Below, in pieces: positions 42,776-52,461 of a stretch of DNA of 64,000 bases. Under the pieces are notes generated by a model that did not search any database, had not been told where the DNA came from, and saw only the letters and a program-made list of their open reading frames with translations. This DNA is from Candidatus Levyibacteriota bacterium. Its GTDB lineage: Bacteria; Patescibacteriota; Microgenomatia; Levybacterales; UBA12049. Each line of letters opens with the position of its first letter. Positions within the stretch are counted from its first letter, which is position 1. Where the stretch lies: NCBI GenBank assembly GCA_027459725.1, contig DAIDHK010000007.1, positions 261-64,260 on the forward strand, given 5' to 3'. The position numbers were made by a program, and so were the translations under genes.

Positions 42776-43063
42776 ATGGAAAATCTTTTTAATGTTAATC
42801 AAGCAGCTTTTATCCTCAAAGTTCATCCATTAACTATCCGCCGATATATTAAAGAAGGCCGTCTGAAGGCAATCAGAGTGGGAGGTGCCGTGCGTATTAA
42901 AGAATCTCAACTGCAGGAATTTAATCGTGAGTTCACTCCTAAACAACCCAAGCAACCCAGCTCCCCTTTTCGTCTTAAACAGCTGACTGCCAAAGTTTTC
43001 ACAGAAGAAGATCCATTTTTACGCCTGAATGGAAGAGGAGCAAGCCTGGCATTGGGAAAATAG
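42776..43063 (+). CDS. Excisionase-family (HTH_17) DNA-binding protein
   Basis: LFNVNQAAFILKVHPLTIRRYIKEGRLKAIRVGGAVRI. Confidence 0.88.
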   Translation: MENLFNVNQAAFILKVHPLTIRRYIKEGRLKAIRVGGAVRIKESQLQEFNREFTPKQPKQPSSPFRLKQLTAKVFTEEDPFLRLNGRGASLALGK

Positions 43064-43133
43064 CGTAAGTTATCAGTGAAGAAATATGAAAAAAGGAATA
43101 CGATTTTTGTACTTATTACTCAAATCATAATAT

Positions 43134-43559
43134 ATGGCCACATTAAGTAAAAAAGTATTATTAGCCCCAGATAGCATTATTTCTTTTATTGATCGTGCAC
43201 ATGATAAACATGACCAGGCCGCAGCTTTTTTCCGTTTCTTCGCCCAAAATCAGTATCAACTATACATGGATACGCTGACTTTAAACAGAGTATATGAATA
43301 CTTATTTAAGAACATCAGTCCTAGCCTAGCTAAGGACTTTATTCGCACTATCTCTCTAAGTGAAATCAACATGTTATATACTGATGAAAATGACTTTAAA
43401 GCTGCTCTTAAGACTCTACTAATATATCCAAATACGGACTTGTCATTTCCTTTGGCCATGTTAGCTACTCTGGCTAATAGAAGAAATATTCCTCAAGTCT
43501 GTACATTTGTTTACTTCCCTAACCTTTTTGCCCTGCAGACATTTTTCCTGCCAATATAA
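43134..43559 (+). CDS. PIN-fold protein with degenerate active site
   Basis: VapC-like pattern (DRAHDKHDQA, DLSF, QVCTF), but the expected acidic positions read LLAPDS, LNRVY, SFPLA, TFVYF. Confidence 0.7.
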   Translation: MATLSKKVLLAPDSIISFIDRAHDKHDQAAAFFRFFAQNQYQLYMDTLTLNRVYEYLFKNISPSLAKDFIRTISLSEINMLYTDENDFKAALKTLLIYPNTDLSFPLAMLATLANRRNIPQVCTFVYFPNLFALQTFFLPI

Positions 43560-43714
43560 ATAACAGAAGGAAAGTGAGTGTTTACTTTGATATTTTGCTT
43601 TCTTCATTTCACACAAAACCTTATCAGAAATAGATGCATTATGATACTTAAAGTTATATTACTATAAATATTGATATATATCCCAACTGGTTTCAGAGTG
43701 CCTAAAAAATAGGA

Positions 43715-45103
43715 TTATGATTTGCCTAGACTATCGAGGAATGCTTCATTGTTCTCCGTCGATGCCAATTTCTCTACCAAAATGCTGGTTCGCTCTTCAG
43801 GCCCAAGCATATCCATCATACGACGCATTGTGGTAATTTTCTTGTAAGTCTCCTCCGATAATAATAGATGTTCCTGACGCGTACCCGAACGTTCAATATT
43901 AATAGCAGGATAGATACGACGTTCTGCCAAACGACGATCCAAATGCAACTCCATATTGCCTGTCCCCTTGAACTCTTCGTAGATCAAATCGTCCATTCTA
44001 GAGCCGGTTTCAACTAAAGCTGTACCAATGATAGTCAAAGATCCACCCTCCTGACAGTTACGAGCTGCACCAAAGAACCTTTTAGCTGGCCATAAGGCAG
44101 CGGGATCAAATCCGCCTGATAAAGTGCGCCCACTAGGAGCAACAGATAAATTGTAAGCGCGAGCCAATCTAGTAATTGAGTCAAGCAAGATTACAACATC
44201 AATACCCATTTCTACCAATCTTTTAGCACGATCTAACGTAATTTCAGCTACTCTGGTCTGATTTTCTGGCGGTTCATCAAAATTGGAAGCAATCACATCA
44301 CCTTTTACTGACATACTGATATCCGTCACTTCCTCGGGTCGCTCACCAATTAAAGCTGCCATCAAATGGACATTAGGGAAATTAGCAGAGATGCCGGCAG
44401 CGATTTCTTTTATAATAGTAGTCTTTCCTGCCTTAGGAGGAGAGACAATCATACCACGTTGGCCAAAACCTATTGGAGCTACCAGGTCAATTATACGGGT
44501 AGAAATTGGTTTTTTACCAGTAGCTAAGATAATCTGGGATTTGGGATAAACGGCTGTCAAATCATCAAAAATTGGTCTACGTGCCTGATTATCTGCAGAC
44601 ACTCCATTGACCTTTTCTACTTTTAACAAACCATAATAGCGCTCAGCATCCTTGGGTGGACGAGCCAGACCTTCGACCAGATCGCCGGGTCTTAACATAA
44701 AACGTCTGATTTGAGACTGTGAGATATAGATATCACGACTAGATGGAATGAACTTTGGACGCAAAAAACCATGTCCTTCCTGTTGCACATCAAGATAACC
44801 CTGTACTGTTTCAGTTGGAGTAGCAGCTGGATTATTATATTGTCCTCCTACCATATGTCCACCAGAAGAGCGATGAAAACCATTTCCATTACTATTGTAA
44901 TGTTCTCCACCATTATCGCTCTGTTGAGCTGGATTTTGAATCTTGGGAGAAGGAGCACTAACAACGGGTGTCACTTTGACTTCTTCTACAGGTATAACTG
45001 GGACGTCTACTGTCTTTGCAATTGGAGTTTTGGACTTGGGACTTGCTTTTGGAGGCTGTCCTACAAAGTCATCTGCGCTATTTAGTTTTTTTCTATATGC
45101 CAT
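43715..45103 (-). CDS. rho: Transcription termination factor Rho
   Basis: GHGFLR, DIYISQSQIRRF, PIGFGQRG, PPKAGKT, DSITRLARAYN, EEFKGTGNME. Confidence 0.97.
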   Translation of the reverse strand: MAYRKKLNSADDFVGQPPKASPKSKTPIAKTVDVPVIPVEEVKVTPVVSAPSPKIQNPAQQSDNGGEHYNSNGNGFHRSSGGHMVGGQYNNPAATPTETVQGYLDVQQEGHGFLRPKFIPSSRDIYISQSQIRRFMLRPGDLVEGLARPPKDAERYYGLLKVEKVNGVSADNQARRPIFDDLTAVYPKSQIILATGKKPISTRIIDLVAPIGFGQRGMIVSPPKAGKTTIIKEIAAGISANFPNVHLMAALIGERPEEVTDISMSVKGDVIASNFDEPPENQTRVAEITLDRAKRLVEMGIDVVILLDSITRLARAYNLSVAPSGRTLSGGFDPAALWPAKRFFGAARNCQEGGSLTIIGTALVETGSRMDDLIYEEFKGTGNMELHLDRRLAERRIYPAINIERSGTRQEHLLLSEETYKKITTMRRMMDMLGPEERTSILVEKLASTENNEAFLDSLGKS

Positions 45104-45343
45104 AGGAATTAAGTTTGATAAATTATGTTACAAGATCACGGAAAGTTAAAAATTAAATGAACATGACTGGAATAAAATAATTACTGAAGACTCTCGTGTA
45201 TCGATGCTATTACACCATACCTAGCCCGATTTGTCAAGTCGGAAATTGAAAAAGAGCTTAAAGAGCTCCCCTACCCGATGAAAAATTCTTTGGTTAATTT
45301 GACAAAACGATACTTCTCTGCTAACCTGCTACGAGATAAATAT

Positions 45344-46117
45344 ATGAAGTTGGCATATCTTATAGCTATAGCAGCCCTGCTACTAATTAACCTCACCACC
45401 AAACCAGTTTTTGCGGCCGGTAGTTGTCAAAATATATATAATGGAGGTACCGTTTGTAATCAAACTAACGGAAGTTTAACTATTGAGAAAACTGTACTTA
45501 ATCCTATCAACAAACAATACACCAATAATTTACGTCAGGATCAATATGTCTTCTTGCAAGGACAAACTCTTAGCTTCCACCTCAAACTTAGCAATACAAG
45601 CAAGTCAGGTGTTTCTAATATCACCATCACAGATCCATTACCGGTTAATTTGGATTTCACCGGTGGAGATGGAACCTTTGACAGCTCCAAGCACATTCTA
45701 ACAATTAAGCTTAACCAGTTGGCGCCCAACTCCAGCCAAACATATAACTATCAAACCACAGTGAATAATTCAGCAATCCCCGGGAGTCAAGTAGACGCAT
45801 GTTTACTCAATACTGTTAGTGTCTCAACTACCAGTTTTTTCTTCTTTACCAGTTTACAAAGCCAAAGTTCAGCATCGTTTTGTATAAGTTCACAACAGGC
45901 ACAAAGTAACTCTACCGGGGGGTCCAATAATAATCTACCCACATCCACCAACAATGCTAATCCTACACCTACACCTGTAGTCTTGGGTCATAAACCTACA
46001 GTTTATACTGCTCCTAAGACCAAACAGACCCCACCTACCGGACCTGAAGCCGCCAGCTTGGTTGTCTTACCTTTATTTGCATTTATAGGTAGAAAGCTGC
46101 AACAGAAGGCTAAATGA
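45344..46117 (+). CDS. DUF11-like surface protein with C-terminal TPPTG sortase-type signal
   Basis: Signal peptide, LTIEKTV...NITITDPLP, TPPTGPEAASLVVLPLFAFIGRKLQQKAK. Confidence 0.8.
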   Translation: MKLAYLIAIAALLLINLTTKPVFAAGSCQNIYNGGTVCNQTNGSLTIEKTVLNPINKQYTNNLRQDQYVFLQGQTLSFHLKLSNTSKSGVSNITITDPLPVNLDFTGGDGTFDSSKHILTIKLNQLAPNSSQTYNYQTTVNNSAIPGSQVDACLLNTVSVSTTSFFFFTSLQSQSSASFCISSQQAQSNSTGGSNNNLPTSTNNANPTPTPVVLGHKPTVYTAPKTKQTPPTGPEAASLVVLPLFAFIGRKLQQKAK

Positions 46118-46227
46118 AAAAATCACAGGTTGTCAAGTTGACATAAAAGCATCTTCTGATAGAATAGGGTCTCTTCTGCCGAAACATTTGTTGAAATCGT
46201 CTGCTTTTGCTTCTGCCTTAGTAATTT

Positions 46228-46980
46228 ATGAACGATACAAATCAAAAAGTTTCTATTATCCTGCCAGTATATAATGCTCAGGACAACTTAGCAGCCTGTT
46301 TGGACAGCTTGCTCGAGCAGACATATACTGACTTTCAAATTATCGCTGTTGACGACAACTCGAAAGACAAATCCTACGATATACTTCAGGTTTACAAAAA
46401 GCTTGACAAACGCATTCAAATTTATCGAAATGTTAAAACCTATGGCAAAAGTATTACGCTTAACCGTGGACTTACGCACGTTTCCGGCAAATATGTTATA
46501 TTTATGAATACTTCTGACACAGTTACCAAAGATAAAGTAAGAAAGCAAGTTCAATTCTTAGAAGAAAACCCCAAAGTAGTTGCGGTGGGTACACAATGTA
46601 CTTATCTTAATGACCAGCACAGGAGAATTGGTAAAAGCTACTTCCCAACCGAGGCTCATGTTATAAGTCGAACTCTTTTTACCGGCTTTGCCATCCATAA
46701 TGAATCTGTCATGATTAATAGATTTAAATTGCCTAAAGACTTTTTACATTTTTTGCCCGTCCCTAATAAGCGTTTTTCCTTCACTCCCCTATTTATCAAG
46801 TTACTTGGTTACGGTACTATTGCTAATTTTGATCAACAACTCCAGTATCATGTCAAACAGGAAGATCTTTTCTCATTGCAATCCGAACTTATCAGTTATA
46901 TCAAACTTTGGCTGCGAGCCCGCTTTGTCTACGACTTACGATTACCCATCCTTACTCTATTCTACCCACTGGTAAGATAA
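46228..46980 (+). CDS. Glycosyltransferase family 2 (DxD motif degenerate)
   Basis: VSIILPVYN, VDDNSKD, GKYVIFMNTSD. Confidence 0.85.
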   Translation: MNDTNQKVSIILPVYNAQDNLAACLDSLLEQTYTDFQIIAVDDNSKDKSYDILQVYKKLDKRIQIYRNVKTYGKSITLNRGLTHVSGKYVIFMNTSDTVTKDKVRKQVQFLEENPKVVAVGTQCTYLNDQHRRIGKSYFPTEAHVISRTLFTGFAIHNESVMINRFKLPKDFLHFLPVPNKRFSFTPLFIKLLGYGTIANFDQQLQYHVKQEDLFSLQSELISYIKLWLRARFVYDLRLPILTLFYPLVR

Positions 46981-47011
46981 ATCTATTAAAAAAGACCTAA
47001 AATACAAGATG

Positions 47012-49264
47012 CTAGTTAGTAGTTAACGACTCAGATGTAGAAAGCTTTTCATCTTTTTTCTCCATCCTATTCTCCTTAACCACATCAGGTTTAACTTCCT
47101 TCATATAGCGCTCACGAGAGCTTTTAATTACCTTCTCCCGATTCTTAGTCCTACTATTAGGTAAAGGCAGTGTATGACACAAAAACGGCGCCTGGGTAAT
47201 ATCATTGATAGCCAGTTTAATAATCGCCTGATGATTTCCCAATGCGAGTAAATCCTCCTGAGTAAACCGCTCACCAAATTCTTTGGCCAGATAAGCAGCA
47301 TCGGTAGCCCCGATTAAAAAAGATAACAATGTTCCAGCATTACCAAAAATGGCCGAACGCACATCTTCTGGAACCTGTGCGATATACTGATTGGCCAGCA
47401 GTAAATTCAACCGGTATTTGCGCGCTTCTGATAATATCTTCACAAAACTGGAGGTAGCAAAGTTCTGGAACTCATCGACATATAAATAAAAATCTCGTCT
47501 TTGCGCTTCTGGTATATTCACCCTATTCATAGCCGCCAGTTGAATTTTGGTAATAATCATCGCACCAAGTAGCGCGGCATTATCCTCACCCAATTTGCCT
47601 TGTGAGAGGTTTAATAAAATAATCTTCCCCTCATTCATAATTTTCTCAATATCAATAGTTGAATGGGGATTTTTGACGATGTTACGAATAACCGTACTGG
47701 AGAGAAATTGACCAACTTTGTTTTGAATCGGACCAATGGCCTCGGTCCTTTGTCTGGGGAGCATTTTCTCAAATTCATTGACCCAGAAACTCTTAATAAC
47801 CGGATCAGTCAATTTCTCCACCGCCCTGGCACGGAAATTCGCATTGGCCAACATTTCGGGTACCATTAATAATGTAGGATTGGGCAGATTAATAACCGTT
47901 AATAATGTATTACGCAGGATATATTCAAGTCGTGGTCCCCATGAAGTGCCATACATTTTCTTAAAGATAGAGACAATACCAGACACCACTAATTCTTTCT
48001 GGGACTCATTAGTAACCTCCAATGGATTTAGCGAAAAGGCATGATGTGAGTCGGAGGGATCAAGATACACTACGTCATTAACCCTAAAGGAAGGGACGAA
48101 ATTCAAAACTTCTTCACATAAATCACCATGTGGATCAACAATACAAAACCCCCTTCTATTTCTCATATCATTGATAGCCATGTTACAAATAAGAGTTGAT
48201 TTTCCAGCCCCTGTCTTACCGATAATATACATATGACGACGTCTGTCTGTCTGTTTGATACCAAAAACTGCTGATTTATTACGAAAATCAGTCCTGGCAA
48301 AGAAATTAATTTCTTCTTTTTCCTCTACCGATTTATTCTCAGCTATCGGCAAATTCTCCGGCGGGTCAGAGAGAATAACTTTGTGCCAGGCAATATTGGG
48401 AATGGCTGCCAGTTTTTCCGTGGGAAAATGGAACATTGTCGCCAGCTCGCGAATATTTAGGATTTGCTTGGGCATGAAAAAGCGACTACGTCTTAACATG
48501 GCCTCCCTCAAGCGATAATTCTGCCACAAATGCGGCTTGCGTAGTAACAACATATTGCCGTGTGGATTGTTAAAGGAGGTAAAACTACCTACTATTTCGG
48601 ACAAAAACTGCTTACTGCGCTCTTTAGTATGGCTATTGACCGCAATTCTTATCGCACTCTTAAAACCATTGCTAGCAATTTTATCACCAATCTGCTTACC
48701 ATAGGGATTTACAGAAACTGCCCCACTAGCATCCTTAGTCTTCTCTGTAGCTGTCGCTCCATTAATCTGCCAGTTATTACCAACCGGCAAGAGCATAAAT
48801 TGAATGCAGGCCTTGTCACCTGGGTTGGATTTAGCCATCACACCTAGTAAAGAAGATAAGGGATCAATGTCCTTAAAATCTGACATTGAGCGTATCGGAT
48901 ACAGATAATTGTAAGCCAGCTTCAACTGACCCAGCGCCACACTTGCTTCAGGTTGCAAAATTCCCGGTAAGTAGTCTTTTGACTTTAAAAGCAGTGATTT
49001 AGGATATTGTGAAACGATCTGACTCTCTACAAACGCCTGATACAGCGCCGGGATGGTGATATAGAAATGTACCAGTTGGTCTTCAATAGTCATCTCCAGA
49101 CTAACCGGGATGCTGCGTCGGAAAAAATAGAACATGGGTACACGAAGACTGGCTAAGGACTCCAAAAACTGCGACATCGCCTCGGGTGTTTCTTTGCTTG
49201 AGCGAGTTGTACGCACTTCAAGAATTACACGATCTGATGAGATAGTAGAGTTTTGTTCTATCAT
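47012..49264 (-). CDS. VirD4/TraG-like (HerA-FtsK superfamily) coupling ATPase
   Basis: RRHMYIIGKTGAGKS, VDPHGD, LYVDEFQNF, SEARKYRL, ANQY. Confidence 0.9.
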   Translation of the reverse strand: MIEQNSTISSDRVILEVRTTRSSKETPEAMSQFLESLASLRVPMFYFFRRSIPVSLEMTIEDQLVHFYITIPALYQAFVESQIVSQYPKSLLLKSKDYLPGILQPEASVALGQLKLAYNYLYPIRSMSDFKDIDPLSSLLGVMAKSNPGDKACIQFMLLPVGNNWQINGATATEKTKDASGAVSVNPYGKQIGDKIASNGFKSAIRIAVNSHTKERSKQFLSEIVGSFTSFNNPHGNMLLLRKPHLWQNYRLREAMLRRSRFFMPKQILNIRELATMFHFPTEKLAAIPNIAWHKVILSDPPENLPIAENKSVEEKEEINFFARTDFRNKSAVFGIKQTDRRRHMYIIGKTGAGKSTLICNMAINDMRNRRGFCIVDPHGDLCEEVLNFVPSFRVNDVVYLDPSDSHHAFSLNPLEVTNESQKELVVSGIVSIFKKMYGTSWGPRLEYILRNTLLTVINLPNPTLLMVPEMLANANFRARAVEKLTDPVIKSFWVNEFEKMLPRQRTEAIGPIQNKVGQFLSSTVIRNIVKNPHSTIDIEKIMNEGKIILLNLSQGKLGEDNAALLGAMIITKIQLAAMNRVNIPEAQRRDFYLYVDEFQNFATSSFVKILSEARKYRLNLLLANQYIAQVPEDVRSAIFGNAGTLLSFLIGATDAAYLAKEFGERFTQEDLLALGNHQAIIKLAINDITQAPFLCHTLPLPNSRTKNREKVIKSSRERYMKEVKPDVVKENRMEKKDEKLSTSESLTTN

Positions 49265-49330
49265 GCTGCATTTATGATACTTAAATTCCTGCAGCTATGC
49301 AATGTTCCCACACATTTAATTAAGGCCTTT

Positions 49331-49989
49331 TTATTCTACCGACTGGAGACCCAATTTTTTAGCCTCTTCCCGATAAAAAGCTTTAAGATCTTCGAGAGTT
49401 AATAGCTTTACTATTCTTGGTAGAGTGTCAAATTCCTCTACCTTCAGTAAATCAGATAAGACAACAAACGGATCTAACTTCATTTTAAATTTAGCTTCAA
49501 CTCCATACATCAGATCCCAAAAACCAAATTTTGGAAGTAAGAAATACAAATCAACAAAATTTTTTATTGTAGTTCGCTGAGTTATAGTAAACAGTTTATT
49601 CACGGCAATATCATTCAAACTGTCGGTCAAAACACCATTTATCAACCTACTCTCCTCAACTCTTTTATATGGATAAAAACTGAAGTCGACTTTTAATACT
49701 GGTATGCAAGGAAACTGTATTAGGAATACATACATGACCTCATGAAACTCAGACTGAAACGTGAGATGATATTTTTTGCTCCATTCTTCGATTAATCCAA
49801 GTATTGTTTGATTGTTAAATTTTTTTTCCGAAAAGAAATCTAAACCCTCAGAGTACCTATGCTGCAAGTAAAATCCACTCAAAGTAGTATCGCCGGTAAA
49901 ATAAAAGTGGCGAAGATCAGAGTTTTGCTTTGCTTTACTTCATCCAAAATGATTTGCTGTTGTTTGGTAAGGATATGTATTTCCCCCAT
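49331..49989 (-). pseudogene. AbiEii-type nucleotidyltransferase toxin, frameshifted and active-site mutated
   Basis: ATG 49989 MGEIHILTKQQQIILDEVK; GCTTT tandem duplication at 49927-49936 shifts the frame; other frame continues FYFTGDTTLSGFYLQHRYSEGLDFFS...NKL...KNFVDLY. Confidence 0.85.
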
Positions 49990-50186
49990 ATAAGTAGCTC
50001 CAAAAGCCTTTTTCGCAAGGGAAACAATTCAAGTTGATCCCAATATTTTTTTACTTCATCCAACTTTATCTTTTCACCTGCAGGGGGACCATAATTAATT
50101 TTTCGCTCAAGAATAAAAATCCTTCCTTTTTCTGTTTTCTCTAATTCTTTTTCATCAAAATCACCCAAGTACTGTGGCATATACAT
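49935..50186 (-). CDS. Small partner (antitoxin-like) of the AbiEii gene
   Basis: FILERKINYG motif; overlaps the AbiEii start in typical operon fashion. Confidence 0.65.
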   Translation of the reverse strand: MYMPQYLGDFDEKELEKTEKGRIFILERKINYGPPAGEKIKLDEVKKYWDQLELFPLRKRLLELLIWGKYISLPNNSKSFWMK

Positions 50187-50290
50187 GAGTATACACTATA
50201 CAATCCACTAGATTCTCCCGGAGTTAAATTTAATACCCCGTTGCTACCGCTGACTCGAAAGTAGTGAACAGAAGGATAAGTGTACTAATA

Positions 50291-50434
50291 TCAAGAATTG
50301 TGAGAATACTTTTCTCTCACATGAGCCTTCACAGTTTTCTTTACTTCCTGCTTAGAAAGGTGCTTGTACGTGGAAACTATGCCCAGCAATGCATTAACTT
50401 GTGATACAAGCTGAGTGATTTGTTGTTCGAGCAT
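50291..50434 (-). CDS. Possible 47-aa small protein or gene remnant
   Basis: MLEQQITQLVSQVNALLGIVSTYKHLSKQEVKKTVKAHVREKYSHNS*, preceded by TTGATT-18-CATAAT-6 nt-ATG. Confidence 0.3.
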   Translation of the reverse strand: MLEQQITQLVSQVNALLGIVSTYKHLSKQEVKKTVKAHVREKYSHNS

Positions 50435-50583
50435 ACCGTCATTATGATCTTTCACTTAAGCTTAATCAAGTAATACTTATATATAATCTAATTACTCTTT
50501 TCCCCTAAAAATTTCACTAAATACACACCTCGAAGTTAAATGTCCTATATAACAGAGTTAAACTTACTAACAAGCTCTGTCAC

Positions 50584-50611
50584 TTGACAATCAATAATCC
50601 CGTAGTATAAT
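50584..50611 (+). promoter_or_regulatory. Consensus sigma70 promoter, leaderless
   Basis: TTGACA-16 bp-TATAAT, ATG 6 nt downstream. Confidence 0.75.
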
Positions 50612-50617
50612 AGAGTT

Positions 50618-51676
50618 ATGCCAAGTTCTGAATCCGTTCGCTTACATTTCGGTGATCAGCTTCCCTCTACTTCAATAGCTCAGAGATCCTCTAGTGAAAT
50701 CCCTACAGTGGTAAATACTCCCTTACAAAGTCTATCTAGACCAAATAATTATGCCCTTTCAAGATTGAGTCCGGAACAACAAGCAAGTCTTGTAGATGCC
50801 ATTGTTGATTTATCTCCTGCTCAAATCAGGTTTCTAGGTCCTGTTCTTAGCAGGTTAGGTCCACAGAATCCAACATTGGAAGCAATTGCTCTCTCTCATG
50901 TGAATGGAGCTTCTCCTGTAACGCCTATGGAGAAAATGGCACCCCATATTGCCTTAAAAATTGTCTATGATAATCGTTTATCTACTGGCACTGCTACCAT
51001 TGGAGATAAAGTGGGTCGAACAAGCGAGCAATATCAGATTTGGAAGTTAAAAGAACCTACCAGACGTGAAACTATGCCTAGAATCGCTCTAACTACTGCG
51101 TTATCAGCAATTCCCACAGAAATTGCCGTTTCCCATGCCCGAGCTGGATTTAACGCTCTTGGCGCGAGTGGAAACAGTATCAAACAGGCTGGTTCTGATG
51201 TTCTACAAGTACAAAAACTCCTACCTGAGACTCCCCATATTGATACTTCTATATTTAAAGATGTCATAACAGGCCAAACTTTGCCTCCTTTTTTCTCCTT
51301 TCATTCAGAAATCCTTTTAAGATTATGGGAAGAACTAATCCAGCCATTCGTTACCTATACGCAAAAAGCAGGAGGATACTTCTCAAGTGTATCTGATCAG
51401 GTGGGTCAAGTAGGTAATCATATTAATGAAGCTGGAACAAGTTTCATGCAAGCTGCCGCCTGGAGTGTATTAACCTTAGGAACACTTCTCTACCTCAGAC
51501 CTTGGAAAACCGCTCTTCCTGGCAAAACACACTCAACGAACGAAGAACTCGTCCCTACAGGTATGCTGGGAGTAACTGATATGGCAATGGAAGGCGCAAA
51601 GAACTTATTTCCTGCCAAACCTCCCACTGTAGAAGAAACGATGGGATTTTTGCCAACCTCACAACCCAAAGTATAA
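50618..51676 (+). CDS. Hypothetical protein (one or two hydrophobic segments)
   Basis: 352-aa ORF with a consensus promoter; no family recognised. Confidence 0.75.
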   Translation: MPSSESVRLHFGDQLPSTSIAQRSSSEIPTVVNTPLQSLSRPNNYALSRLSPEQQASLVDAIVDLSPAQIRFLGPVLSRLGPQNPTLEAIALSHVNGASPVTPMEKMAPHIALKIVYDNRLSTGTATIGDKVGRTSEQYQIWKLKEPTRRETMPRIALTTALSAIPTEIAVSHARAGFNALGASGNSIKQAGSDVLQVQKLLPETPHIDTSIFKDVITGQTLPPFFSFHSEILLRLWEELIQPFVTYTQKAGGYFSSVSDQVGQVGNHINEAGTSFMQAAAWSVLTLGTLLYLRPWKTALPGKTHSTNEELVPTGMLGVTDMAMEGAKNLFPAKPPTVEETMGFLPTSQPKV

Positions 51677-51751
51677 ACTCTATCCCATATATATATATAG
51701 CCATAGCTTGAGCTTGACAACACACTCACTAACTGGGAAGATGTAGCCCTT

Positions 51752-52303
51752 ATGGGATGGCTAGAAACAACCAGCAGACTGTTAGGCACGGGCGCGCTTT
51801 TAGCCTCGTCTCAGCTAGGCCTGCAGGCGGAAAAGCCAAAACCACCCACTCGCCCAGACAGCTTTGTCAGCTACCAGCTTCGTCCTCACTTACCTCCTAT
51901 CCAGAAAGACCATGTTTCGGTCATTCAACTCATCACCAAACCCGAAATGTATGCCGGTAAAGTTATTAGCCTGACCAATGTGGTGGCGGTGCCAGGCGTT
52001 CAAAACGAGATTACCCACATTTATCCACCTGGCCACCCAGGCCAGCCTCAGCGCATTGTATACAACGAAATAGCTTACCTCACCGACGCTGCCAGCCTCA
52101 AGGCGCAATATCCCTACAGCGAGGCGATTCGCATTCTGAACCTCAATGGTTTGCGTGGTAAGCCCAACTATGAGCCACATCTGGCTGACTACGTCAAATT
52201 CAATATTGAAGCTAAAGTAGATACAGATACAGCCAGCAGCGGTGACGCGGGAAATGGATTGGTCAATTTAACAGCTCTGGCTATCCAACCTGTGGCTAAA
52301 TAG
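51752..52303 (+). CDS. Hypothetical secreted protein
   Basis: N-terminal hydrophobic segment; TTGACA upstream; visibly GC-richer than its neighbours. Confidence 0.7.
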   Translation: MGWLETTSRLLGTGALLASSQLGLQAEKPKPPTRPDSFVSYQLRPHLPPIQKDHVSVIQLITKPEMYAGKVISLTNVVAVPGVQNEITHIYPPGHPGQPQRIVYNEIAYLTDAASLKAQYPYSEAIRILNLNGLRGKPNYEPHLADYVKFNIEAKVDTDTASSGDAGNGLVNLTALAIQPVAK

Positions 52304-52461
52304 GCTCAAAACCTTCGTCCTTATAACTTATCTTATATCTGTGATCTAAATCACATTATCCCTACTTATAGCCTCAACTTGACTATTGACAGACACTATA
52401 AGCCATGTTATACTTCTACTCAACATTTGCGATTCTGTCCTATCGGCTCTATCGCTTTTTT

